Assembly: GCA_964057225.1 (NCBI GenBank)
Contig: OZ059895.1
Span: 15,376,001 to 15,440,000, forward strand
Reading direction: 5' to 3'
Origin: Auanema rhodensis
Lineage: Eukaryota; Animalia; Nematoda
DNA: 64,000 bases
Both the position numbers and the translations under genes were made by a program. This document shows positions 42,890-56,707 of the stretch, piece by piece (the first letter of the stretch is position 1; each line of letters begins with the position of its first letter). The notes under the pieces were generated by a model, which was not told the origin of the DNA, did not search any database, and saw only the letters and a list, made by a program, of their open reading frames with translations.

Positions 42890-43439
42890 GTGTTTTGGCA
42901 GGGGTGCGATTGGCAAATTGGCAGAACTGTTTGCACTGTCAAAAAGACTTCGCAAGCTGATTGTTAAGATGGCAAATAGTCTTTGACTTGTACATTCCTC
43001 TTAATTTCAATGATCTCTCGAAAGTTTTTCTTTCTTTTCCATAGTTAAACTTCTCTTTTCATCATGAATAAAGCACAGAAGGACGTCGAGCGATCAATTA
43101 CTCATCGGACATCAGATGTTCTTTAGAATTTGCACTTACTGCTCTTTCTTAATCTCTCACATGCTTGAGAGATAATATATAGAAGTTTAATTAATGAATA
43201 TCTATTGAATCATTTTTAAATTTCAGAATATGAGGTAATTCAGTAAAATCATTTTACTTGATCATTTTCGAACATAATATCTTTAGATGATGTAATGAAA
43301 ATTGTAAATTTGTTCTATAACTTGCTGGGTAAATATAGTTAAGTTGAACAACATTCAATACGAAACTAGACTTTTTATATAAGAATTTATTAATAAGAAA
43401 CTGTATTTTTGCTGGAATGATGACTATGATTGGCTAAAT

Positions 43440-43878
43440 TCAAGCGTTCAACTTTGGAGCTTGGTTACTGTACACTGGAGCAGCAGCAGCAGCAGACGTC
43501 AATAGGTTCTGTTTTGCCTGTAAGAATCAGGAGATATATATTTATTGAAAACTTGCAACTTCTGCTATACCTGCTTATAGTTTTGCTCATTAGCTCTCTT
43601 CTGTTCTCTGTATTGTTGCTCAGTTATAGCTCCAGTTCTGTATTCGAACTTCGTCTGATCTTTTACAGATTTGTATTGAGCTTTAAGTTCTTGCATAGGT
43701 TGATGCAAGGCGTAGTTGTATTTATCCTGAATCTTTAAGTGTAATAGTGATTAGTTAACTAGGTACTTACATTATCTTCAAATGAGTCGGAATCATCCAG
43801 CTCTCCGGGAAGAAGCTGAACTGAAACAGCAAGAAGAGAAGCAATCATGCAGAAGCTTATAAGAATGAGAGTATTCAT
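43440..43878 (-). CDS. Small secreted protein (3 exons), unknown function; paralog of 42298-42826
   Basis: Signal peptide MNTLILISFCMIASLLAVS, the same 3-exon phase-0 layout, and a shared Y[KR][ST]GA[LI]..[EQ]Q[FY] motif. TGA at 43440. Confidence 0.78.
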
Positions 43879-43938
43879 AATGGAGTATTATGTCAGAGTT
43901 AAACTTGAGTGTGTGTTCGTATAGCCATCTTAACCTTC

Positions 43939-43946
43939 TTATATAG
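43939..43946 (-). promoter_or_regulatory. Putative TATA box of the second secreted-protein gene
   Basis: CTATATAA on the minus strand ~60 nt upstream of ATG 43878, the same spacing as in the paralog. Confidence 0.45.
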
Positions 43947-46026
43947 TTCATATTGAACTTCAATTGATCTTACCAAGTAACAAATGTTAATTATTCCTGA
44001 TTTAGAATTGAACTCAAATATTACGGAAGAGAAGTTAGTTTAAGATCAGACAGCAATCTATGACTCAGATTGCGAGGTTTTGCGCGCAAACTTCCTTTCT
44101 TACTCACTCTTGTGGACATTGCCTAGAAGTAAGAATGCTTGAAGTAAAACACGAACATCAACGGCCAATTCTGAGTAAATATTATCTGTATACATTTATT
44201 ATTTCTTTTAACTTCTTCGGTAAGATATTTATAAAAGATTGCCAATATACAAAGTTCATTTTATAAAATATTTATCGATTGAATAATTAGCATAACAGCT
44301 GATGAGCACTTCACGTGCAGACGTGCATACCGTTATTTCATTTCAGCTTTGCACACTTTCAAGTTTTGTTCACGACACGATAAAGCATATAGGTAAGTGC
44401 TTGCTTCTAGTTGATGTCGAAAATCGTTTTTGTTAAGCTTTTACTTGAACATCTTCTACATGTAATAGCACACTATAGCACAGATTATAGTTAGAGTTTA
44501 CATCAGATATGATGTGCATGTCTCACGACGTGGCGTATACTCACGCAATACTTCATTGCTTCTTGCTGTTAGCGTGCTTAGTGGTTGCATTCCATTTTCT
44601 TTTTTTTCTTTTTGTTGTTGAAAACTTCAAATTTAACTTCATATTAACAACATACTAAAATAGAATATTGTTTTGAATTGGCAGGAAAAGCAAAATTAGA
44701 ATTTTGAAAGTAAAAAAAATAAATTTGTAACTTCATTATAACAACTGAGATCAACCTGAATGTAGTATGTTTCATCCATCACTACTGATCTAAGAAATTG
44801 CATTTACGTAATGATATTATGGCAGAAACTATAAGAATATCTACTCAAATACTGCTGATTTGCATTCTTTAATTTTTAATCAAATTAACGTTCAATAATC
44901 AAAATGACAAAGTACAAAAGTAGTGTTGTGGACTTTTTTCTTATATGAAAAGTTCAAAGTTTTATAGAAATGCTGCTGTATATAGTTAAGCTGCAGATGC
45001 TTTGAGATTTACAAGGAAATTACTATAAATAGTATGCATAATACTGTTACACTATATAGAAAGACATCTGAAATCAAAGTTTTCAAGCTTAAAGATCTAT
45101 TTCAAAACTTTATTTTTAGCATAAAAAGTATTTTTTCAAATTACTGCAAATAGAAACGTTGTTGGTTGAAAAGATTTGTGTGTGTTCATTTCAATGTTAT
45201 CTAACTTAGTTTAAACAAACAATATGACATTGAAATTATACAAAAAAAAACAAAAGAAAATGCTGAACCTGATCATCAATGCTACACTAAGGCTTTTTTT
45301 CCAAAAACATGTGCTCCAGAATGATGAAACGATAAATATCCATCAAACAATTTCTATTTCAGTGTTGAAAAGCTAATGTTATTCAAAAACAGGAATCGTC
45401 AAAGCTCAGAATTCATTTCTAAGTAAGAGAAGAGAGAACAACGGATTTAGTTGAGTTTCAATTATTTCATGCAAATCTGATCTGTAACTATAATGCTGTA
45501 ATTATCAATCTATTATCAACACCATCAGCAGCATCTGCAGCATCATCATCGGAGGAAACACAACGAATTCCATTGCTAAAAGAATGAAAGAATATATTTA
45601 TAATTTGCGAATTTCAGCCTGATATATCCATTCATAATGACGTTTCTGTAGAAAGTTTTCATTTCCTATGCGCCAGGTTTGTGTGTACCATTGTTGCATT
45701 TTAAAGCTTGAATTTGATTTTCAAAAATATTATTTTCATGACACTTCTTCAACAAATTTTATATTTGAAGATGTTAGTAATAGTGTAATTCAATTTTCAC
45801 AAATTATGTTGGTAATATGAGCAGGTGAACTTTTATGATTTAATCATAATAACTATTTTACCGTGGTTTAAATACTCAGTTACTGAAATCATACCATACT
45901 TATAGAGCATTTTACCACTATTAGCCTCTCTCTCTCTTCCTTTTCTAAGTTTTTTCGAGGTTCCCCACCACTTCCACTTGTTTTTTTGTTTGTTAAAAAA
46001 CTATTATTTTTGTAAAAGTTGCAACT

Positions 46027-46636
46027 ATGGAACGTCTTATCAGATATGGAACTATCACTGATGATCCTCTCTATAACTGCAGGTTTGATCTCTCCTTGTT
46101 TCTTCACCAAAGCCTCTTTCAAGTGCTCGAACTCCCGAAATGATTGAGAAGACATATGCTGATCCTGATCCCATCTACGGCAGTTGTAGCTTCGCATTAG
46201 GTGTAATCAACTTGGTATTCCCATTTTTCTGAGCTCTTTTCAATGTTTTTTCTTTCGATCGTCTTCATGCTCTGCGTCAAGGTCATGCTCGAACCAGCTC
46301 ATTTCGTCTATCCAGCTTATAAGATTATGATTGCCATATCATGTTGTGATATGATTGGAACTGCTTACAACAGTCTCATATTCGGTATGAAGTTGCTCAT
46401 TTTCTGTTTTACCAACTTGTTCAAGGCGTTGTCTACTATGCTGGACTGAATTTTTGTGATTCACCTGATTTCATCTACATTGCTGGAACATTTGGAGCAA
46501 GTAATATTCAGAATAAGCTTACATCGGCTGAATCCAATTTGTGTTACAGGTGCTTGGGTTACCGGCTCGATGCTATCGTCTGTCTTGATAATCAATCGAA
46601 CGGTTGAGCTGAATTGCACCAGGTAAGAACTCATAC

Positions 46637-46667
<31 letters not shown>

Positions 46668-47525
46668 TCTCTATCTCTTCAATGAAATTTTATAGGAACA
46701 AGCTATTAGTGAATGTCTTCAATGGAAAACATACACCATTTGTAATACTCTTTCTAGTATCAGCAGGTTTATATTTTGTTCTTTATGAGCCAACCATTAT
46801 ACTTGATCGAAAAAGTGGATTAGCGTTTTGGGATCCTCTAATTTATGACAATGCTTCATCTAAAGTAGGTTTCATCAAGCATTATTAAACTTTACGTTTC
46901 GTTTTAGTATTTTAGTAAATCGATTACATTCAACAACACCGTTGTTGTATCATTTAACAGCATCTCAAGCATTATTCTCTGTTTCAGCATCTCCAAACAT
47001 TTGAAGGAAAATTTTGGTTCAATGATAGATCGACGTCGTCAACTGACGGTATGTAGCATGACGTCAGCCTGGCTATTCAACTTCATCCTTTTCAGCTTTT
47101 CTTCCAATGTTTAGCTGTAGTTAGTTTGTGTAACATAGGAGCATCAATATATCTCTTCAATTACTTGTTCTTCTCTGAATCTCCACAAGTTCTAAAAAGA
47201 ATGGCTGGTGTTATTTATCAGCTCTGTACATGTATCTTCTAAACTTTGATAACATCAATGATTTTATGCCTAATTTCAGGTCTACCTCCATACATCTATA
47301 TGATTCTTAATCATTCAATCCGTCATGGAATTATCAAAATGTTCACAAGATACAATGCAAAACCATTTTTTTCAACCAGTAATTTCGACATAAATCATTC
47401 AAAACTCTAATAATGCTCATTCAGGCGCTAGAACAACCACACATGCAAGTTGCTCCACTACACAAGTACAACGAAAATCTAGCATATCTCCTGTAATTTT
47501 GCCAATAACTAATAATGATATTTAG
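46027..47525 (+). pseudogene. srt-class serpentine chemoreceptor copy 1; open frame but a damaged intron-2 acceptor (possible pseudogene or sequence error)
   Basis: MERLIRYG..DPLYNCS, PAYKIM, FCD.P.FIYIAG, FWDPLI and LPPYIY.ILN motifs. The acceptor before exon 3 reads tttcg|ATC (46253-46260) with no AG. Confidence 0.6.
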
Positions 47526-48842
47526 CCTCAACTTAATTATAAATAATAAGCTTATTCATGTTTTTTTAAAAATTTATTTGCATAATTTCAAGTCACGTAC
47601 GTAAGAATGTACGTACGACTGTACGTAGGATTTCATTTTTTGTAATTTTAAGCTGTAAAGCGGTTGTTTTTTAGTCTTTATATGTTTTACTAAGAATTTT
47701 ATAATTCATATATAAAATCAATTTTAAATTAAAATTTATATATAATTACATTAAAAAATTATTTTATTAAATAGTATGAATGTATTTCTTATACTATATC
47801 AATTAATGAAAAATGTTTGATGTAATTATGAATTATTTGTTTCAAATAACTAATATTTCAATTGACCATCTACTGATAATTAATTATTTTAGTTAATTAT
47901 CAGTAGATTGTCAATTTAAATGTTAGTTTAATATGATATAAATAGCCGAGAATGAGGATAAATCGTGTTAACCATAAGCTGATCAGATCAAAAATCATAT
48001 TTAAATATACTTGCTTCTGACATATGTGCGTGTGTGAAACAACGCAATCACCGACAATTGTATCAATCAAAATTATTATTGAAGCTGTTTTATATTCAAA
48101 TTGAAAAAAATCTAAATGTTGTTAGTTTTTCTTTATTATTTATGTTTAATATCCCCCTTTATTTACTGCAATTAGCATTACAAATGCTAATGAGAATACT
48201 GCTAATACAATAAATACAGGAAAGGAAGGCGAAGAGTTGGACATGAAGACGGAGAAGAAGAGAAGATTCTCTCGGTAATTTGTATCTTTAATGTAAGCTT
48301 TTGTATCTCAATTACTATTTTGATGTTATGTACTTTTGACTGTCCTTTAAACAGAATAAAATGCCATTTGTCTTCAATTACCAATGATTACATGCCATTT
48401 ACACTTGAATGTAGGGTATGAGAAATACCGCTTCAAGTTGGCAAAGTTGGTAGGATGACGATATTTACAATGATTTCAACAGATATAATACTTATAAACT
48501 TTTCGAAGAATACTATATGTTATAATTATATTTAAGAAAAACATAAATTTATAAATGGTAATGCTACAACTGTTCTATTGTAATAATTTCAAGTTGTATT
48601 TTTGTACTCAATCCTCAATTTCCAAATAGCATGATCAGTTCTTATGCTGAGCCATAAATAGTATATATTTGACTAATTATTTAGTTATTTTGTCTGTTAA
48701 ATTAAAGCAAAATCTGAACATATAGTTAGCATATTCAATATAATTTTCTTTCCTTTAATTGCTTTTCTTTCTCTATCTATACAGTTCAATCAGTATTCTG
48801 ATTTCCACTACGAAATCTCAACATTTTGTAAAAGTTGTGACT

Positions 48843-49416
48843 ATGGAACGTCTTATCAGATATGGAACTATCACTGATGATCCTCTCTATAACTGCAGGT
48901 TTGATCTCTCCTCTCTCCTTGTTCCTTCATCAAATCCTCTTTCAAGTGCTCGAACTGCAGAAATGATTGCAAAAGCTTTAACGGAACCTGCTCCTATTTA
49001 TGGTAGTGGCTCTTGTATAATTGGTTTGTTCAATCTTGTAAGTGATTTTCCACACTTGTTAGCCTTACGACATATTATATTTAGATTCTCTTCATGCTCT
49101 GTATCAAAGTCATGCTAGAGCCTCCTCACATAGAACATCCAGCTTACAAGATTATGATTGCTATTTCATGTTGTGATATGACTGGTGTTGTTTGTAACAG
49201 CATATTATTAGGTATAAGTTGCAAAATTTAAAAATTTTAATAAATCAATATACTGTAGGCATGGTTTGTTATCAAGGAATAAGCTTCTGTGATTCTCCTA
49301 ACTTCATCTACATTGCTGGGATGATAGGTACCAGTGCTTGGGTTACAGGCTCAATGTTATCATCTGTCTTGATAATCAATCGAATGGTTGAATTGAAATG
49401 TACCCAGTAAGGACTC

Positions 49417-49473
<57 letters not shown>

Positions 49474-50328
49474 CCTCTCTGAACAAAATATTTCAGAAAC
49501 AAGCTCATAGTGAACATCTTCAATGGGAGTTACATATATCTTACAATTTTGTTTGTTATATTATTCGGATTATACTCTTTGATGTTTCAATCAGCTCTTA
49601 TATTTGAACCAAAAAGCGGTGTAGCATTTTGGGATCCTCTAATTTATGAAAATGCTTCATCTAAAGTAGACTTCAACACCTGAAATCATCGTTAATTGAA
49701 TGTATCATTTCAGTATTTCTCTCCTATTCTCTTCTTCAATAATACCATCGTTGTATCATTCAACAGCATCCTAAGTATCGTTCTATGTTTCAGAATTTCA
49801 AAGCAATTACAGCAGAACATTGGCTCAGTACTATATCGACGTCGTCAAGCAATGGTGAATTACACCAGTCTGAGCTTCAACCCTCTAACATACTATTTTC
49901 AGCTTTTCCTTCAATGTTTAGCTATAGTTAGTTTATGTAATTTTGTGGGTTTAGTTTATGATATCATATATATGTTTGATTGTCCACTGATTATTCAACA
50001 AATAGCTGGAAACTTTTACCATTTATCAACAAGTAGCATGATTCATCCAGCATTCCTCATCTTTTAATCTTTTGTTTAGGCTTACCTCCATATATATATT
50101 TGATTCTTAATCGTTCAATCCGTCTTGGAGTTATCAAAATGTTTTCAATATTCAAACCAACAACTATTTTTCCATTAAGTACTTGTATAATTCTATAAGT
50201 TTTATGATGATCCTTATTCAGATAATAAGACAACCTCAGTTTGGTCTAACCAACGTCCCCAAACAAATATTGAAAGAAATCATTTGAGTACAATTCTGTC
50301 AACTTCTAATAATAGAAATTACTCATGA
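48843..50328 (+). CDS. srt-class serpentine (7TM) chemoreceptor copy 2
   Basis: Same Srt motifs. The frame is continuous after removing GT-AG introns. TGA at 50326-50328. Confidence 0.8.
49421..49480. repeat. (CT)n microsatellite in the homologous srt intron
   Basis: The same intron carries (CT)n in copies 1 (~46637), 2, 3 (~51940, degenerate) and 5 (~56660). Confidence 0.9.
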
Positions 50329-51362
50329 ATCTATAGCAATTATATTAACTAGTAATTTGAATATATGGATATACTTGTACACGTGCAATCTCATCACGTC
50401 AAACTTTTCATTTTGAAGATATGAAATGACGTAAAGCGGTTGGTTATTGAAATATTCATTTTATAACTTTTATTACAAAAAAAAGAAATTAATAATTCAA
50501 AAATTTTCATTTTTTTCTTTCAGAAAACTGAAAAGTTATAAGCCGAACGAAGTTCTAATGAAAGAAAACTCAACTAATCAAAGTGACAATCAATACTACA
50601 GCGAATGCGAAAGGATCAACCCTTCTTCAAATGTTATTTTTGGAAAAACAACAGAATATTTTAATTTTCATTGTTTACTAATTTTGTTTATTTGTAATTT
50701 TTTTAAAAATAAAATAAAAACATTATGTTGAACTCAAATCTTATAAATATTAGATTAGTAGTGATTTGTGGAACTGTTATATCATATATACAAAAATATT
50801 TCTATTTATATATAATATCATGATGAGTTGAAAGTAAAAATAAATTTAAATTAATAAAAATGTATTTATAATTGTTATTTTCATACGTAAATATCAAAAA
50901 TTCTAGTAGATAGACCCTAACTCAAAACAGGATATGATGAAGGTGGCAGAGGGTGGGGTAGACGGCGCTATATATACGCACAGCCATCAGAACTTATGCT
51001 CTATTGTTTTTGTGATAATATGCTTTTGATATTATCAAATACTAATCTATTTATTGAAAATATAACCTTGTTTTATATTTCTTGTAGCCATATAATACAA
51101 AAAGCTGTAGAATATTGTATGAGAACTAGCATACTCTACAAGGATTCATGACCATAAAACCAAACTTGAGTTGTATAAATAGTCAAATTCAACTTATTTC
51201 AGTTCATAATTTCAATTACAAATTAGAAATACCTATGTGGCAAGCAATATAATTAATGATCTCTGTTATATTATTTTAACTATTACGCTTTATTCACATA
51301 ATTTCTCTTTCTCCTTCTCCTTCTTCTTCATCTTCTTCCTTTTTTACAAAATCTTTCACAGA

Positions 51363-52765
51363 ATGGAACGTCTTATCAGATATGGAACTATCACTGATGA
51401 TCCTCTCTATAACTGCAGGTTTGATCTCTCCTCTCTCCTTGTTCTTCATCAAAGCTTTTTTCAAGTGCTCAAACTGCAGAAATGATTGAGAAGACATATA
51501 CTGATCCTGACCCCATCTACGGTAGTTGCTGCTTCGGATTTGGTGTAATCAACCTGGTATTCCTCTCTCGTTTCTTGGTTTTTCCATTCAAATGACCTTC
51601 TCAGATTCTCTTCATGCTCTGTATCAAAGTCATGTTAGAACCAACTCACTTCATCTATCCAGCTTATAAGATTATGATTGCCATTTCATGTTGTGATATG
51701 CTTGGTATCGTCTACAACTGTCTTTCATTCGGTTAAGAGTTAACTCAAGTTTATCACTAAAATGTTTTTTTGAAGGTGTTATCTACTACTATGGATTAAG
51801 CTTCTGTGATTCTCCTAACTTCATCTACATATCTGGGATAATAGGTACCAGTGCTTGGGTTACAGGGGCGATGTTATCATCTCTCTTGATAATCAATCGA
51901 ATGGTTGAATTGAAATGTACCCAGTAAGGGCTCATAACCTTTTCTCTCTCTCTATTTTTCTCTCTTCCGCTTCTAACAACATACAATTACAGAAATAAGC
52001 TGTTACTAAAAATCTTCAATGGAGAGTACACTTCAATTGCTATTTTGCTGATTCTATTACCTGGCATATACTATTTTGTCTGTGAATCTTCTATGATACT
52101 TGATCGAAAAAGTGGATTAGCATTTTGGGATCCTCTAATTTATGAAAATGCTTCATCTAAAGTAGGTTTCATCATCATAAACTTGACAACCAATGTATAT
52201 CAAACACCTTTTAGTATTCAAGTTCAATGCTTGTGTTCAATAACACTGTAGTACTTTCCTGTAACAGCATATTGAGCATTATTCTCTGTTTCAACATCTC
52301 CAAACATTTGAAGGAAAATTTTGGTTCAATGATAGATCGACGTCGTCAACTGACGGTATGTATCATGACGTCAGCCTGGCTATTCAGCTTCTTCCTTTTC
52401 AGCTTTTCTTTCAATGTCTAGCCATAGTCAGTCTATGCAATATCTCAGCTTTAATATATGTATTTCATTTTTTCTTTGAATGTCCCTTCATCATCCAGAA
52501 AATAGCAGGAATGTTATATCATCTAGCTACTAGTAAAATGATTTCTCTTTCACATTCTATCTATAAATCCTTTTTGCAGATCTACCTCCATACATCTATT
52601 TGATTCTTAATCATTCGATCCGTCAAGGAATTTGCAAAATGATCGCAAGAAATGGTCCAAAATTCTATTTTTCAACCAGTAATTTTGACATCAATCATTC
52701 AAAACTCTAATAATGCTCTTTAAGGCTCAAAAATATCTTCAACTATGTCAAGCGGACATCTTTGA
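51363..52765 (+). CDS. srt-class serpentine chemoreceptor copy 3
   Basis: Traced exon by exon with no in-frame stop once the 47-nt intron 1 is removed. TGA at 52763-52765. Confidence 0.8.
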
Positions 52766-52939
52766 ACAAATCCTATATCAATAAACTTTGATACGATCTT
52801 CCTAAAATGAAAATGTAATATTAACCAATATTAAGCTAATATTTCATAAATAAATGGTTTTTCTAATATTTTTTATAACGATAAACTGACTCATATATAC
52901 TGTTTCTGTATTACGGTATACACAAATTTTGTATTTTTA

Positions 52940-52993
52940 CAGTTAGGATACAGTACAACTACAGTACAACTACAGTAAAATACAGTTACGGTA
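52940..52993 (+). repeat. Short tandem TACAGTA(CAAC) repeats
   Basis: tacagtacaac tacagtacaac tacagtaaaa tacagttacggta. Confidence 0.7.
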
Positions 52994-53715
52994 TGCCATC
53001 CGCGCATTATCATTGGAGCGCGATTCTCAATCTAAAGTCATTCCAAAGATTACAGAGCAAACATCAAATATTGTAATTTATAAGAATTATTTAAAAGAAC
53101 ATATGGTTTTGATTATGAGATTTAGATTAATTAATAAATAAATAAATAGTTAAAAGAAAGAAATTGTATAGTGTTTCAATGGTATATCGAATGTAATGTG
53201 TACAAGCTTCACGAATCTGAAGAAGCTCACTTGAAGATAATTCTGCAATCTCTTTCCTATTATTTGAAAAAAGTTCATTTTTTTTACAATATCAATATAT
53301 CAAATATCATATGCTAGTTAATTATATGAAAATTATAATGAATTATGGAAATTTCGTAAATACATTAAAGCCAATTTTCAAATCTCATTTCATTCTTAAA
53401 TTAATAGTTAAAAAAAAATTTTTTAAGCTTTTAATCTCAATAAATCGTTTAAATTATTATGATGATAAGGATGTAATTAGTATTGTTCCCTTGTGTCTGC
53501 AAAGATACACTTCATTATATTTTCAAATGATAGCTTCTAGTTAGCTTATATTCTCACATCTATATACTTCAGAAATCATTTATAATATTTAAATTAAATA
53601 TTCTTTCTTTCTTTCTAATTCTTTTGTTATACTTTGCTTTTTCTATTTTAAATTTTTCTTTTTTTTTTTATTCAAATAGATAAAACAAAATTTTTTTTTG
53701 GAGATACTTCTCTGA

Positions 53716-55153
53716 ATGGAACGACTACTCTCATACGGAAATATTTTGAAACATCCTCTGTATAACTGCAGGTTTGATCTCTCCGTTCTACCTTTGTCAA
53801 CCTTTCACAATGCTTTCAAGTGCCCGTACTCCGGAAATTATTGAGAAGACATATACTGATCCTGATCCCACGTACGGCAGTTGCTGGTTTGTATTGGGTT
53901 TCTTCAACCTGGTACTCCTCTCTCGTTTCTTCGTTTTTCCATTCAAATGACCTTCTCAGATTCTCTTCATGCTCTGCGTCAAAGTCATGCTCGAACCAGC
54001 TCATTTCGTCTATCCAGCTTATAAGATTATGATTGTTATATCTCTCTATGATATGATTGGAACTGTTTACAATAGTCTCATATTCGGTATGAAGTTGCTC
54101 ACTTTCTGTTTTACCAACTTGTTTAAGGCGTTGTTTACTATTACGGTATAATCTTTTGTGATTTTCCAAACTTAATCTATATTGCTGGAGCTGTAGGCAC
54201 ATGTGCTTGGGTAACCAGCTCAATGCTTTCTTCCATTCTGATAATCAATCGAATGGTTGAATTGAAATGTACCCAGTAAGGAGTCATTCCTCACTAATTT
54301 ACCTGAGCTAAAACCATTCAGAAATAGACTGTGTGTCAACTTTTTTAATGGAAAATGCATCTATTTTACAATTTCATTAGTATTATCGGCTGGCCTGTAC
54401 TCACTGGTTTACCATCCACCCACATTACTTAATCCAAAAAGTGGCTTAGCATTCTGGGATCCACTAATTTATAACAATTTTTCGAATGAAGTAGGAAACA
54501 TCGTTAGAAAGTCTAATTCAATATCACTTCAGTATATCAATCCTATGCTTGTATTCAACAACACCGTTGTTGTATCATTTAACAGCATATTGAGCATTGT
54601 TCTCTGTTTTTACTTATCCAAAAAACTTGAACAAAACTTTGGTTCAATGATAGATCGACGTCGTCAACTGACGGTATGTAGCATGACGTCAGCCTGGCTA
54701 TTCAACTTCATCCTTTTCAGCTTTTCTTCCAATGTCTAGCCATAGTCAGTTTATGCAATATTGGAGCTATACTATACTTCATAAACTATTTCTTTCCATG
54801 TTATATCTTTGAGAAAATGGGTGAAATCATGTACCGACTCTGCACTAGTGAATTGATTCTTTTAAAAGTCGTTCATTCTTTGATAATGCTTACAGATCTA
54901 CCTCCATATATATATCTGATTCTTAATCGTTCAATTAGACAAGGAATCATCAAAATGTTAATAAAATATCCAAAATCATATCTTATGACAAGTATTTAAC
55001 CTTATACTATTCAAAGAAATCCATAAACATATTAATTTAGCCACTAAAACAACCTCAACATGGTCAACCGGAGGTCTACAGACGCATCCGAGATCATCTC
55101 GTGTTAGTACGATTGCCCAAGATTATTCAGAAGAACCCAGAACGAGTAATTAA
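53716..55153 (+). CDS. srt-class serpentine chemoreceptor copy 4
   Basis: MERLLSYGNILKHPLYNCS start, Srt motifs, TAA at 55151-55153. Confidence 0.8.
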
Positions 55154-55392
55154 AAGAAAATTTCATTTTCATTGTTAAGTTCGTTCCAATTTTTTTCAGG
55201 TGAACATGTAACTTGAAAAACCTATGTGGATATGTTACTTGAACGATCATTCTACGTGATTACGTGATCATTTCACGTGAAACTATTACGTGAACATTCC
55301 ACGTGCGTGGATATGCAACGTGTTCATTTCACATGAAATCTTTCAAATTTCTTTATGAATATACGCAATAACATAAAACGGTTGATTTTCTT
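55040..55392 (+). repeat. Duplicated 3' segment (last exon + ACGTG array + AACGGTTG), copy A
   Basis: Near-identical to 57448-57818 by direct comparison. Confidence 0.85.
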
Positions 55393-56046
55393 GCCTAAAA
55401 AACACACAAAGATCGCTGATATGCTTAAACAATTTAAAATATTTCAGTTCATTTGTTAAATAAATTGATTGTAAAAAAATGAGACTTAAGCTTACTTTGC
55501 CAAAAGAAAGATAGAATCGAAAATAAAAAAAAACGTGACTTGATATATAACAACTGACAATTAACTATACATAGTAGACATAAACTAAATAAAAAAATTA
55601 AATTATTTAAAAATTATTTTGAAGCTTATAGCTCTTATATTTTAAATTCCCGCAAATTTTGCATTCGAGCGCATATATTCTCATCCTGGTGTTCATACTT
55701 CATCCGTAATGATATGAAAATAACATTAGTATATTTGAGAAAACAAAGCTGTATTGGAACAGGAGTTATCTTTATAATAATTTTTAAAAAAGTTTATAAA
55801 TGTAGGAAAACTTGAATAATTCGTTTATAGTATGACAAGAAAAATTATATGTGTTACTTCAGAGTAACAGTTTTCGTGTTGTTCTTATTGAAATACAATT
55901 TTTATAGCACGCCGAACTAGGAATTCCATTATAATTTCTCATCATTCCATTGCAATAACAATCTAATTTGTGGTCGCCCGTCCACTTTATCTATTTCTCT
56001 TATAATATTAATTAAAAAAACTATTATTTTTGTAAAAGTTGTGACT

Positions 56047-56659
56047 ATGGAACGTCTTATCAGATATGGAACTATCACTGATGATCCTCTCTATAACTGC
56101 AGGTTTGATCTCTCCATTCTCCTTGTTCCTTCATCAAAGCCTCTTTCAAGTGCTCAAACTCCGGAAATGATTGCAAAAGCGTTAACGGAACCTGCTCCTA
56201 TTTATGGTACTATACGAAGTATCATTGGAGCAATAGATCTGGTTGCTTTAGTATAATAATATTTTAAATAGTTTTGCTGTTCAGATTCTCTTCATGCTCT
56301 GCGTCAAGGTCATGCTCGAACCAGCTCATTTCGTCTATCCAGCTTATAAGATTATGATTGTTATATCTCTCTATGATATGATTGGAACTGTTTACAATAG
56401 TCTCATATTCGGTATGAAGTTGCTCATTTTCTGTTTTACCAACTTGTTTAAGGCGTTGTTTACTATTACGGTATAATCTTTTGTGATTTTCCAAACTTCA
56501 TCTATATTGCTGGAGCTGTAGGCACTAGTAACTCAAAGCATTAGTTCAAAGATATAAGATATACTCTTTCAGGTTCCTTTGTGACAAGCTCAATGCTCTC
56601 TTCCATTCTGATAATCAATCGAATGGTTGAATTGAAATGTACCCAGTAAGGAGTCATAC

Positions 56660-56707
<48 letters not shown>

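Noticed and set aside
46027-53900. Apparent frameshifts after YNC in srt copies 1, 3 and 4 suggesting pseudogenes
   Set aside because: Explained by a short GT...AAG intron whose removal restores the frame.
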